A stretch of DNA of 64,000 nt, from contig CAIMDG010000002.1 of the NCBI GenBank assembly GCA_903839725.1, positions 1,078 through 65,077 of the forward strand, given 5' to 3'. Under the pieces are notes generated by a model. That model was given only the letters and a program-made list of their open reading frames with translations, did no database searches and had not been told where the DNA came from. Origin of the DNA: an uncultured bacterium (lineage in GTDB: Bacteria > Patescibacteriota > Minisyncoccia > Phycocordibacterales > PALSA-1337). How positions within the stretch are numbered: position 1 is the first letter of the stretch; each line of letters opens with the position of its first letter. Shown here one piece after another: positions 29,438 through 39,342 of this stretch. The position numbers were made by a program, and so were the translations under genes.

Positions 29438-29481
29438 CTGCTACTTTGCGTTTTATATAGTTCTGATATACTTTCACCATT

Positions 29482-30171
29482 ATGAAAGTACTCATCGTAG
29501 AAGACGACGTTGCAACAGCAGAAATGGTACGCAATGGTTTGGCGTCGTATCTATATACGACTGACGTCTCATTCGACGGTGCTGATGGTTCATTCATGGC
29601 TCGTAGCTATGAATACGACGCTATTGTACTCGATCATTCCCTACCAAAGAAAAGTGGTCTCACTGTATGCAAAGATATTCGTGCGGCCGGCAAAACTACA
29701 CCGATTATTTTCTTATCAGGACTTGATGCAGTAGAAACAAAGATAGAAGCACTCGAACATGGTGCTGATGATTATATGACAAAACCGTTTTCTCTCGACG
29801 AACTTGATGCACGTCTCAAGGCTCTTGCGCGTCGTCCTATTCAAATCCAAGAACGTATTCTGCAAGTACATGACCTTACACTCGATACACAGACACATGT
29901 AGTCACACGTGGAGGAAAAACGATTCATATGACCAAAAAAGAATTTGGTTTACTTGAATATATTATGAAGCACAAAGGCATCGTACTCTCACGAACATCA
30001 ATTATTGAGCATGTATGGGCTGCCGAAAATGACCCATTCTCAAATACAGTTGAAGCTCATCTACGCAACCTTCGTAAGAAAATAAATTTTGGTAATAAGC
30101 CAGACCTCATACGCAATCTCCCTGGTAGAGGTTATATTATAGACACTCCTGAACATCTTGCGCGTCTATAA
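29482..30171 (+). CDS. OmpR-family two-component response regulator
   Basis: MKVLIVEDDVATAEM receiver N-terminus, conserved Asp in VLDHSLP, K in MTKPF. C-terminal winged-helix (LTKKEFGLLEYIMKHKG...PGRGY). Confidence 0.85.
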   Translation: MKVLIVEDDVATAEMVRNGLASYLYTTDVSFDGADGSFMARSYEYDAIVLDHSLPKKSGLTVCKDIRAAGKTTPIIFLSGLDAVETKIEALEHGADDYMTKPFSLDELDARLKALARRPIQIQERILQVHDLTLDTQTHVVTRGGKTIHMTKKEFGLLEYIMKHKGIVLSRTSIIEHVWAAENDPFSNTVEAHLRNLRKKINFGNKPDLIRNLPGRGYIIDTPEHLARL

Positions 30172-30465
30172 TACCCAATAATCACATGATAAAGGATATT
30201 TCTTCATCAAAATTTTATCCTTTCTTCATTACATCTTCATTTCACATTGTTACGATGCATGTGGTTACTTGTCGAAGTAACTTTTATAAACACAAAGTGG
30301 TAGGCCTGATATGCGTAGTATTTCGTATTCTACAGACCCGAACTGTGCGGATACATCTTCCCACTTATAACTGCGTGAATAGCCGAGAGCGTATATCGTT
30401 GGCAGACGCATGTACGCACCCAATCCACCGACCTTCATTTTCATCACAGTGGTCGGTGAGGCTAT

Positions 30466-31389
30466 TTGCTTTATATGACATTCAATTTTGAACTACTTAC
30501 TTATACAGGTATTACCTCATGTGTTGGGTTTATTTTTCTATTGTTCAATAAGCGTATCCATTCATCGTCAAAATTCACGCAACAATCTGATGATATGCTT
30601 ACACAAGAAATGAATCAACTTGAAAAACGTATATCTGAGCGTACTCAAGAATTACTTCATGTTGAAAAAGAGAGATACCAAGAATTGGAACGAGTTGCAC
30701 AATTCGGTGCACTTTCACAAGGATTATTTCATGATCTTATGAGTCCACTTACGTCCATATCACTCTATTTGGAACGCATCAAAACAACTCATGATACAAA
30801 TGAAGTTCAAGATATGTTACAAAAAACTGTACAGGCTTCACGTCGCATGAATTCATTCATGCACAACATACGGAAATCAATCGAGATACCGGAACATCAC
30901 GCAACTACATCCGCTAACGTATATGACGAACTTTCTGTTGTTCGAGATATGTTGATATACAAAGCACGAACAACAGGAACAACTATTCGTATTCCTGACC
31001 AATCTACAGATCACCCAATTCATATTAGTATTCATCCTGTCAGAATTCAACAACTTTTTATAAACCTTATTTCAAATGCAATCGACGCATGTGAACAAAT
31101 ACAGATAGAACATACAAAAGAAAACGAGCAATCTGTTACTGTTTCCCTTCTGGAACATACTGAAGGTATTACTATCAAGATAATAGATACCGGCTGCGGA
31201 ATATCTCCGGAGCATGTGGATCATATTTGGACACACTCTTTTACTACAAAACCAAAAGGAACAGGGATGGGACTTGCGACTGTGAAAACTATTGTGGAGC
31301 ATGAGCTTCATGGTTCAATCACTGTTCAAAGTCGTAAAAAACAAGGAACAACCTTCACTATTCATATTCCAACGAGCCAGCTGGCATGA
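30466..31389 (+). CDS. Sensor histidine kinase
   Basis: N-terminal TM. HisKA H-box FHDLMSPL. HATPase_c N-box (LISNAIDA) and G-boxes (DTGCGI, GTGMGL). Confidence 0.8.
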   Translation: MLYMTFNFELLTYTGITSCVGFIFLLFNKRIHSSSKFTQQSDDMLTQEMNQLEKRISERTQELLHVEKERYQELERVAQFGALSQGLFHDLMSPLTSISLYLERIKTTHDTNEVQDMLQKTVQASRRMNSFMHNIRKSIEIPEHHATTSANVYDELSVVRDMLIYKARTTGTTIRIPDQSTDHPIHISIHPVRIQQLFINLISNAIDACEQIQIEHTKENEQSVTVSLLEHTEGITIKIIDTGCGISPEHVDHIWTHSFTTKPKGTGMGLATVKTIVEHELHGSITVQSRKKQGTTFTIHIPTSQLA

Positions 31390-31435
31390 ATAAAATACTG
31401 TGCTAGCATTGATACATACAAGCTAATATACACAT

Positions 31436-31840
31436 ATGTCAATCAATATATGGTCAATTCTCGTAGCGGCTGTTGTTAGTTTTATTATCGGAGCAGTTTG
31501 GTATTCACCAGCTCTCTTCGGAAAGCAGTGGATGACCCTCACCAATACAGGGATTATTACCCCTGAACAAAAGAAAGGAATGTGGAAACTATACGTAACA
31601 CAGTTTCTACTTTCAGTTGTAACCATGTGCATTCTTGGTTTTGGTATTGCTGCAATGCAAATTTCTAGTGCAATTGATGGCGCAACACTTGGACTGCTCG
31701 CATGGATTGGTTTCTACGCCACAACTGGTGCCGGAAATCTTCTCTGGGAACGCAAGCCTCTCAAACTTGTCCTTATCGCTACAGGATCAATACTTCTCAT
31801 CCTAATTGTCGGTGGAGCAATCATTGGTGGTTGGAGATAA
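31436..31840 (+). CDS. DUF1761-like membrane protein
   Basis: GAVWYSPALFGKQW motif and four predicted TM helices. Confidence 0.55.
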   Translation: MSINIWSILVAAVVSFIIGAVWYSPALFGKQWMTLTNTGIITPEQKKGMWKLYVTQFLLSVVTMCILGFGIAAMQISSAIDGATLGLLAWIGFYATTGAGNLLWERKPLKLVLIATGSILLILIVGGAIIGGWR

Positions 31841-31862
31841 TTCTTCTACACATACAGTTAAC

Positions 31863-31895
31863 AAAAAAGAGACCTCAGTGGGTCTCTTTTTTATT
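31863..31895. terminator. Bidirectional hairpin terminator
   Basis: aaaaaagagacctcagtgggtctcttttttatt. Confidence 0.7.
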
Positions 31896-31902
31896 TGACA
31901 CA

Positions 31903-32901
31903 CTATCCTTGAATCGGAGGTGTATTTTTTCTGAACTTTCTAAATGCCTTTACAAAAACTTTGACAATAACCCATACAATTCCAACAAATATTGCTATCT
32001 TGATAAGAATTCCAGGTAATGCAAATACAAACCATACCAACCAATCAACTATTCCTGTAAGATCGCTTAATAGATTTTTGAATGATTGCTTCACAACAGT
32101 GAGAGGTCTCCATGTAATACCAAATACCTGAACTTCAGCTTCTGATGTAAGTGAAATACTGATAGTCGACATTGAAACTTGGCGAGTAAGATAATTCATC
32201 TGCGCCTGCAACCTCTCTATTTCTTCACGAACTGAATCAAGATACTGGTGAACCTGGATGATTTCGTCTACTTTGACAGCCATATTCAACAATACTACAT
32301 ATTGGGATTCGACTGATTTTTTATTCTTCAATCGAGCTTCGAGATCAACATATTGAGCTGAGACATCCTGACTTGAAACAACTTCTCTATTTACTTTGGT
32401 ACCAAGTGCTTTTATTGCTTCAAATACAGTATCGAATTGTTCATTGGGGACGCGAATGGTGATTGAGCCAGCTTTTGTATCACTACTTACATTATAAATA
32501 TTTGTACCTTCAACAATTCCGCTATATTTTAATGCTATAGCTTGGACATTATTTGCAGTATCTTCAACCTTTGTTACAAGCATATCGATTGAACCTGATC
32601 TTACGATCTTTCTATCAGCAGCAGGAATACTTGCACTAGAGCCACTCTTTGAACTTACAGGTGAATATGAATTATTCACCGCCATCATAGGAGCAGCAGT
32701 TGGAGCATATGACTCACTTGAATAATCGGCCATTGTATTTGAATAGCCTGATCGATATGAGCCTGAGGTATTACTCATCATGAACAAAACTGCCATGATG
32801 ATAGCAACAATAACGAGGACAATGAGAATAATGAGAGGAAGAATAAACAACACTTTCTTTCCTGACATATCCGCGAGCAATTGACGTAGTCTATTAGGCA
32901 T
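31903..32901 (-). CDS. DUF4349-like membrane-anchored protein
   Basis: N-terminal TM, central coiled region (EARLKNKKSVESQYVVLLNMA...EIERLQAQMNYL) typical of DUF4349, C-terminal TM pair. Confidence 0.55.
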   Translation of the reverse strand: MPNRLRQLLADMSGKKVLFILPLIILIVLVIVAIIMAVLFMMSNTSGSYRSGYSNTMADYSSESYAPTAAPMMAVNNSYSPVSSKSGSSASIPAADRKIVRSGSIDMLVTKVEDTANNVQAIALKYSGIVEGTNIYNVSSDTKAGSITIRVPNEQFDTVFEAIKALGTKVNREVVSSQDVSAQYVDLEARLKNKKSVESQYVVLLNMAVKVDEIIQVHQYLDSVREEIERLQAQMNYLTRQVSMSTISISLTSEAEVQVFGITWRPLTVVKQSFKNLLSDLTGIVDWLVWFVFALPGILIKIAIFVGIVWVIVKVFVKAFRKFRKNTPPIQG

Positions 32902-32986
32902 AATATTTGTATTTATAAATATGCATAATTATACTACGCATTCCTCCTCTACGAGGAATACTTATGCACAGATACATATACAAATA

Positions 32987-33436
32987 CTACAAGGCGCTTT
33001 TTATATTATCTCGAACTTTCAATAATTCCTGTTCACTCGTAGGTTCACGATCTCCTGTCCGATACAACATACTTCGAGGATCGTAGCCGAGAAGTCCCGT
33101 ATCACCTTCTTTACGAGGAATAATATGCAAATGAAAATGGGGTACTGATTGTCCTGCAAGTTTTTCCTGATTCCAAGCACAATTGAAACCTTCCACGCCA
33201 TATATTTTTTTCAGAGCATTCATCACCTGATCTGCAAGATCAAGAACTGCCAACCTCTCCTCTGTTGTCAGATCTGAAAGCGTCTTTGCACAACGAATCG
33301 GAGAAATAAGTGTATGTCCTGGAGTAATAGGAATATTCGTCGGAAATGCCCATGCCAAATCATTGTGAGCAATTTCACGATTTTTTATTTCAGGGAGAGT
33401 GCAGTACGCACAGGGTTTTAGAGTTTGTGATGTCAT
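32987..33436 (-). CDS. HIT-family (histidine triad) nucleotide hydrolase
   Basis: HFHLHIIPR histidine-triad motif. GHTLISP upstream. Confidence 0.8.
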   Translation of the reverse strand: MTSQTLKPCAYCTLPEIKNREIAHNDLAWAFPTNIPITPGHTLISPIRCAKTLSDLTTEERLAVLDLADQVMNALKKIYGVEGFNCAWNQEKLAGQSVPHFHLHIIPRKEGDTGLLGYDPRSMLYRTGDREPTSEQELLKVRDNIKSAL

Positions 33437-33469
33437 TGTGGTATGTAGGATACGTGAACAAAGAATTAT

Positions 33470-34261
33470 TTACAAATGTGAGAAGAGTGGATGTGCATCT
33501 TCATCGTCAATACGAATACTGCCCTCAAGATAACCTCTCATCTTTTCAATAATACCGCGTATAACTGATTCTTCTTTTTCTGATATATAGTCTGGTAACG
33601 GAGCGTCGAGAATTTGTTGAATAACATCTCGAGCTTCAGTAAACTCTGTACCATATTTCTTTTCAGCTGATGACATATGACGAAAAAGCCATACGACAAC
33701 ATTATATAAAGCAAATTTTTCACTTCTAATATACAAATCTGTATCGACTAAATATATCTTTGGTATTTCATCACCTTTTCTTTTTCCATATACATATTGA
33801 GTCGTATTATTTAGATCCGCTAAATATGGTTCATCTTTTTTTGAAAGCTTGCTTAAATAATACCGAGCGATCTTTGCGTACAATTTTTCTACTTGTTCAG
33901 TTATTTCTGGAGTTGGTTCAATCTTATTCAAATCTGCGCCCTCAATTTTATCTGTAATGCCATAAATAACATCTTTATTACGACCATGTTTTCCAATAAC
34001 AAATTCAACTGGTACAACAACCCCGTAATCACGTTCAAATTCTGCATATAATTTTTGTCCCAATTCAGCCACAGCAATCGGATCAATTGCTCCTTTATAC
34101 CTCTTCTCGAGATCTTTAAAACTTTCCATTCTGACAATTTTGTCAGGATTATTCCTAATCTCAAATAATTTATCTCTACCTTCATGCGCCGAAGATATGT
34201 TGCTCTCAACCAAATGATCACTGAATGATATTTCTCGAGGTTGTGATTCAAAATCTTTCAT
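33470..34261 (-). CDS. Hypothetical protein, separated by 1 nt from the livF-like stop codon (possible translational coupling)
   Basis: ATG 34261 sits 1 nt after the upstream gene stop (34263). No confident motif. YLVDTDLYIRSEKF could be a kinase-like catalytic segment (speculative). Confidence 0.4.
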   Translation of the reverse strand: MKDFESQPREISFSDHLVESNISSAHEGRDKLFEIRNNPDKIVRMESFKDLEKRYKGAIDPIAVAELGQKLYAEFERDYGVVVPVEFVIGKHGRNKDVIYGITDKIEGADLNKIEPTPEITEQVEKLYAKIARYYLSKLSKKDEPYLADLNNTTQYVYGKRKGDEIPKIYLVDTDLYIRSEKFALYNVVVWLFRHMSSAEKKYGTEFTEARDVIQQILDAPLPDYISEKEESVIRGIIEKMRGYLEGSIRIDDEDAHPLFSHL

Positions 34262-34262
34262 A

Positions 34263-34985
34263 CTATTTATTTCCAAGAAATACTTGTTCCAACACTTTTT
34301 TTTCAATCAATTCTTTTGGATTACCCTCTGCATATATTTTTCCTTTATCCAATACATATGCTCTTGTAGTTATTTCGAGAAGTGACTTCAAATTGTGTTC
34401 GACGATGAATATGGCCGTCTTTCTGCGTTCATTAATTTCTCTGATTTTCTGGAAAACTTCCTTAACAATCTTTGGTGATAATCCAAGTGATGGTTCATCA
34501 AGCAGAAGTACCTTGGGATCCGTCATGAGTCCTCGGGCGATAGCGAGCATCTGTTGTTGTCCACCAGAGAGAGTACCTGACTTTGCTTTGAGTTTTCCTC
34601 GAAGTGCCGGGAACAATTCAAGTACATTTTCGATTCGCTCCTTACGTTCATTACTACTTTTAACATTAAATCCTCCGATCTCAAGATTTTCAAGGACAGT
34701 AAGGTGGTGAAAAACTCGGCGACCCTGCGGTACGAATGATACACCTCGTTCAACTACCTCATGCGATATAGGTTTGAACTGTTGACCTTCCCAAAAAATA
34801 TGTCCAGAACCAATAGGAGCTAAACCAAATATAGCTTTGAGAATAGTAGATTTTCCAGCACCATTTGGACCCATAAGTGCAACAATTTCTCCTTCATCGA
34901 TGAATACCGATGCTCCATCGAGTGCTTTAACGCCACCGTAATGGACGTGAATATTTTTGAGTTCGAGGAGATTTTTTTGTTTCAT
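34263..34985 (-). CDS. livF: Branched-chain amino acid ABC transporter ATP-binding protein (LivF-like)
   Basis: GPNGAGKST Walker A, LSGGQQQM signature, LLDEPSLGL Walker B. LivF-like length (240 aa). Confidence 0.85.
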   Translation of the reverse strand: MKQKNLLELKNIHVHYGGVKALDGASVFIDEGEIVALMGPNGAGKSTILKAIFGLAPIGSGHIFWEGQQFKPISHEVVERGVSFVPQGRRVFHHLTVLENLEIGGFNVKSSNERKERIENVLELFPALRGKLKAKSGTLSGGQQQMLAIARGLMTDPKVLLLDEPSLGLSPKIVKEVFQKIREINERRKTAIFIVEHNLKSLLEITTRAYVLDKGKIYAEGNPKELIEKKVLEQVFLGNK

Positions 34986-35065
34986 GGACTGAATTACGAT
35001 ACTACTTTATCTAGTAGGCATATTCTACCATGTATACCTGAAATGAGAATATTGTGAACTGAAAC

Positions 35066-36136
35066 CTATTTTTCGAACATTTTGAGATATTGATCTGCCA
35101 TTACTTCACCATTTTTGGTAAATGAATAACTAGACATACCACCAGTTACTCCGCCGAGAAAATATGTCTTGAGTCCAGAAGCAATATTGTTTGTCGAGTG
35201 ACTTTTTGCATATACATCAATGAGTTTGAAAATATCATACGTTACGGAATCATAAAATGGCGACGCAGATTCTATTCCGTACTGTGTTTTGTATACCACC
35301 AAGAAATCTTTGTAAGCTTGAGTTTCTGTAGTAAATCCAGCATCAAAGCAAACTGACTTTAAACCAAATTCTTTTGGTGTAGGTGTATATTCACAGGCAT
35401 TCACATCGCCTATCAGAAGTGGCCTATAATTCAGGACGTCCAATTCCTTGTAAACCAATCCTACTGCTTTGCCACTCGTTGGAACATAAAACAAATTATT
35501 GATGCCTTGCGACTTTAATTTCATGAGTTGTGTGCGGAATGTATTGTCAGTTGCTGAATATGTTTCCTGGCTAATAATTTTTGCACCTAGTTTGTCTTGC
35601 AATGTCATCGCCACGGACTTTGAATAATCTTGCGCTTCATACAAAAGACCAATTTTTGAATCCACTGGTAATTTCAAGGCATAATTTGCCATTGCTCCAG
35701 CGATCGAGAGTGCGTCTGGTATAAATCGGATAACTTCGTCGCCTGTCTTGCGTATTTCAGATGAACCCGCGTATGCGGTGAGAATAAGATTACCACCAGT
35801 TTTTGCAAGTGGTGCCAGGGCCAGAACACTTCCACTGCAACTTACATAGAATACATGAACGTCTTGTTGTGTGAGTTTCAAATATAATGATACAGCTTTC
35901 TTGGTATCACATTGATCATCTTCGAAAATGAGTTGGAATGAAGTCGAACTTGCGAGCTTGATAGAGTTCGCAACTTCCTCGCCAATAAGTCCTGCCGGAC
36001 CACTGAGTGGACCAATTATGCCGATCTTTATTGGCTGATCAATAGAATGGTTTTGCTTTTTAGTAGTGATTACCCAAATAAGAGCCATTATAATAAGAAT
36101 GGAAATTATAATTAGACTAGTGCGAGATGGTTTCAT
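35066..36136 (-). CDS. ABC transporter substrate-binding protein, type I (LivK/Peripla_BP_6-like), membrane-anchored
   Basis: N-terminal TM anchor then IKIGIIGPLSGPAGLIGEEVANSIKLA, the typical start of Leu/Ile/Val-binding-protein family receptors. Confidence 0.75.
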   Translation of the reverse strand: MKPSRTSLIIISILIIMALIWVITTKKQNHSIDQPIKIGIIGPLSGPAGLIGEEVANSIKLASSTSFQLIFEDDQCDTKKAVSLYLKLTQQDVHVFYVSCSGSVLALAPLAKTGGNLILTAYAGSSEIRKTGDEVIRFIPDALSIAGAMANYALKLPVDSKIGLLYEAQDYSKSVAMTLQDKLGAKIISQETYSATDNTFRTQLMKLKSQGINNLFYVPTSGKAVGLVYKELDVLNYRPLLIGDVNACEYTPTPKEFGLKSVCFDAGFTTETQAYKDFLVVYKTQYGIESASPFYDSVTYDIFKLIDVYAKSHSTNNIASGLKTYFLGGVTGGMSSYSFTKNGEVMADQYLKMFEK

Positions 36137-36149
36137 ATATCAAAAATAA

Positions 36150-36902
36150 TTATTCCCCCAAATAAGCTTCAATAACATCCTTCCTCGCCAACACCACACT
36201 TGGTGCACCTTCTGCCAAAAGTTCACCAGAATCTAGAACGTAAATATGATCCGACAATTCACGGATAAGTTCCATATTGTGTTCCACTAGAATGACAGCT
36301 TTACCTTGATCGCGAAGTTCCCTCATGACAGTTACAACCGTTTTGACCATTTCTGGAAAGAGTCCGGCAAATGGTTCATCGAAGAAAATAACATTAATAT
36401 CTCCAACTCCCGAATGAATGATAGCAAGAATACGCGCAATCTCGAGAAGTTTACGTTGTCCATATGAAAGATTTTTAGCGAGTTCACCTCTCTTTTCCCA
36501 GAGACCAACTTTCTTCAACACTTCTTCGGCTTTTTCGAGGTGAAGTTTGCTGTGCTTTTCGAACAATGATTTCCAAATACTTCTTTCGGTGAGTACGACA
36601 AGAATATTGTCGAGGACGAGCATCTGCTCGAATAATCTCACATCTTGGAATGTTCTCGTAATACCAAAGAGTGGTACCTCGTGGGCATTCATTCTCTTGA
36701 GTGTTTCAACACCAGCAATGATTATTTCCCCACCATCCGCAGGAATCATACCTGTCAAAGTGTTGATGAGTGTAGACTTACCCGAACCATTTGGACCGAT
36801 GATGCCCGTAATTTTTCCTGCCTCAAATGAAATCGAAAGTTTGTTAACAGCATGAACGCCGTCGAAGTTTTTGCTTAGTTTGTTGGTGGAGAGGATGGGC
36901 AT
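36150..36902 (-). CDS. livG: Branched-chain amino acid ABC transporter ATP-binding protein (LivG-like)
   Basis: GPNGSGKST Walker A, LSYGQRKLLEIAR signature, IFFDEPFAGL Walker B. Start at ATG 36902 (MPILSTNKLSKNF) to match the LivG N-terminus and avoid overlap. Confidence 0.85.
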   Translation of the reverse strand: MPILSTNKLSKNFDGVHAVNKLSISFEAGKITGIIGPNGSGKSTLINTLTGMIPADGGEIIIAGVETLKRMNAHEVPLFGITRTFQDVRLFEQMLVLDNILVVLTERSIWKSLFEKHSKLHLEKAEEVLKKVGLWEKRGELAKNLSYGQRKLLEIARILAIIHSGVGDINVIFFDEPFAGLFPEMVKTVVTVMRELRDQGKAVILVEHNMELIRELSDHIYVLDSGELLAEGAPSVVLARKDVIEAYLGE

Positions 36903-36916
36903 GTTACACAAATTAC

Positions 36917-38077
36917 CTATTTCAATTCCTGCCACATTTCTTGACCTTTACTGTCAAAATAATGAAGACCAATAGGAACAACAGGATTAACATTCGAGCC
37001 GAGCGTCAATGATCCTGCAGCCCCATTCCAATCCTTAATGGCAGCTAGGTAGTTTTTTATACATACTGTATCTGTTGAACTCTTACATGATTCCATTGCT
37101 TCTTTTACGAGATATACTGCATCATACGAAGTTGCCAAATACGCAATATTTGTTGGAGGTAATTGTTTGTATGCAGTTTTATATGCTTCTATGAATGCAG
37201 CTGTTTTTGAGTTGGCTGAACTTACGAAAGCGTCAGTCGTGAATATGCGAGGATTATTAAGCAATCCACCAGATTGATCATTGATAGCTGCGGACAATGA
37301 TTGTGCACCAGCAATTATTGGATACGTACTGAGCAGACCGAGCTCTTTCATTTGCTTGTAGAATGTAACACTTGCACCCGCACCCTGAGATGCAAATAAT
37401 ATTGCATCTGGCTTTTGTTTATTGATCTTCAATATATATGATCGCAAATCATTTACATCAGAATTGAATGCATCATTCGAAATGACTTGTCCACCCAATT
37501 TCACGAATTCGGCCAAGAATGCTTTGTACACTCCAACTGGAAAATCTTTATTTTCATATAATGCAGCTACTTTTCTATATCCCTGTGAATATGCATACGC
37601 AGCTGACTTGGCAGTATAGAACTCACTCGAAGGAGAATTTCGGAAAATATAACTGCCTGAATTCGTGACTGCAGGTGAAGAAGTAATTGAGGCAATAATG
37701 ACTACTTTGGCTTTTTCTACGATTGGGGCGATAGCGAGAGTCTCGGTACTACAATGTCCACCAAGAATAACATTAACCTTATCTATATTGATCAACTTAT
37801 TTGCAACAGTTGCTGAAGTTGCCCCATCACACTTACCATCTTCAACTATGAGATTCAATTTCTTTCCGAGAATACCTCCGGCTTGATTAATTTCATTCTG
37901 AGCGATCAAAACTGACTGCATTGCTGGTTCTCCGTAACTTGCAGCAGAGCCAGTGAGTGGTGATATAAGACCGATACTAATTTGATTACCCTGATCTTTT
38001 TTGAAGACACCAGAAACCGCAATCACAATAATAATGATAACAATAATCCCCCAAGTTACTTTTTTATTCATGCTCAT
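36917..38077 (-). CDS. ABC transporter substrate-binding protein, type I (LivK-like), membrane-anchored
   Basis: TM anchor then ISIGLISPLTGSAASYGEPAMQSVLIAQNEINQAGGILGKKL. Confidence 0.75.
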   Translation of the reverse strand: MSMNKKVTWGIIVIIIIVIAVSGVFKKDQGNQISIGLISPLTGSAASYGEPAMQSVLIAQNEINQAGGILGKKLNLIVEDGKCDGATSATVANKLINIDKVNVILGGHCSTETLAIAPIVEKAKVVIIASITSSPAVTNSGSYIFRNSPSSEFYTAKSAAYAYSQGYRKVAALYENKDFPVGVYKAFLAEFVKLGGQVISNDAFNSDVNDLRSYILKINKQKPDAILFASQGAGASVTFYKQMKELGLLSTYPIIAGAQSLSAAINDQSGGLLNNPRIFTTDAFVSSANSKTAAFIEAYKTAYKQLPPTNIAYLATSYDAVYLVKEAMESCKSSTDTVCIKNYLAAIKDWNGAAGSLTLGSNVNPVVPIGLHYFDSKGQEMWQELK

Positions 38078-38130
38078 AAATTAGGTTGTAATACCTAAAA
38101 TATACCAAGAATACGATCTTTGAGCTATAG

Positions 38131-39246
38131 CTACCTCCACACCCCTAACACCCCATCTTTCATCACCTGAACCTGTACGTTGATATCTTCAACTGAATGA
38201 TTTGGTGCAAAACTGATCGTACCATTTGGAGTCGTGAACTTTGTTTTGGCGATATAACTAGCAACCTGTGAATTATCAGAACTATGTGCAATAGCTTGTG
38301 CCAAGACGTACGTAGCATCAAAGAATTTATCAACGGACTTTGTAGCCGTCATGTTATAAGCCTTCTGGTACATATCCGCGAATAATTTCGTGGTAACTTC
38401 CCAGTTCAAGATTACAACATTGTTGAGTGGACTCTTGTCAGTCTCATTGGCAAAAGCATCGAGCGCTCCGTTGTATGACATAACGATTGGGGTGAAACCA
38501 AGTTGCTTCGCTTGTTTGAGGAACGTGAGCGGATCATTTCCGACCATGTCGAGGAATACGCCATCCACACCTTTATTCTTTAATTTGATAATTGTAGTTT
38601 TCCAATCATTGTCACCAATCTGTGTATATGGGTTGTCGATAACATCTGCACGACCAAGATCCTTCATGACACCAGCGAGCGTCTTTTCGATTTCAACACC
38701 GAAGCTCGACTGATAATGAACAACAGCCAATTTCTTGATTGTGCTTGAGGCGATGAATGGTTTGATCTTCTGAATTGTCTTGTCGAAGTCTGTAAGCATC
38801 ACGAAACTCTGATCATTCAAGTCAAAGCCACCCGCAATACGGAAGTTCGAAGGAGAAACAAAGGCAATCTTGTCATTCAAGGCAATTGGCAGAATAGGTT
38901 GGGCGGTGAAGTCAAAGACGCCACCAATAACACCGTTTACATGATCGATAGTTACCAGTTTGTTAAAAGCTGAAACTGCCAACTTACCGTCAGTGTGATC
39001 ATCTTCGAAAATGACTTCAACTTTTCTACCGTTGATTCCACCTGCGTCATTGATATTCTTTACTGCCAAGTTAATACCATTCTTGCCATATTCACCCCAA
39101 GGTGCAGCGAAACCTGACAAAGATAATACAGCCCCAATCTTTATTGGATTATTACTTTGTGGCTTTTGACTAGGTCTTGAAACAGAAACACCGATAATCA
39201 CAATGATAATAATAGCGACGACGGTCCATATAATTTTTTTATTCAT
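38131..39246 (-). CDS. ABC transporter substrate-binding protein, type I (LivK-like), membrane-anchored
   Basis: Start at ATG 39246 (MNKKIIW...). IKIGAVLSLSGFAAPWGEYGKNGINLAVKNINDAGGINGRKVEV. Confidence 0.75.
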   Translation of the reverse strand: MNKKIIWTVVAIIIIVIIGVSVSRPSQKPQSNNPIKIGAVLSLSGFAAPWGEYGKNGINLAVKNINDAGGINGRKVEVIFEDDHTDGKLAVSAFNKLVTIDHVNGVIGGVFDFTAQPILPIALNDKIAFVSPSNFRIAGGFDLNDQSFVMLTDFDKTIQKIKPFIASSTIKKLAVVHYQSSFGVEIEKTLAGVMKDLGRADVIDNPYTQIGDNDWKTTIIKLKNKGVDGVFLDMVGNDPLTFLKQAKQLGFTPIVMSYNGALDAFANETDKSPLNNVVILNWEVTTKLFADMYQKAYNMTATKSVDKFFDATYVLAQAIAHSSDNSQVASYIAKTKFTTPNGTISFAPNHSVEDINVQVQVMKDGVLGVWR

Positions 39247-39342
39247 ATATTTTAGGTACATTAAAAGCCGCTTGTGGCGACTTGCACATAGTATATACTC
39301 GTGATATATTATGTCCATAATTCGGCGAAAAGCGAATACTAT

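Noticed and set aside
30186-30491. 101-aa ORF filling the RR-HK spacer
   Set aside because: No start context and an unusual Cys/His/Phe-rich composition. It overlaps the hairpin and the HK start, so it is more likely non-coding spacer.
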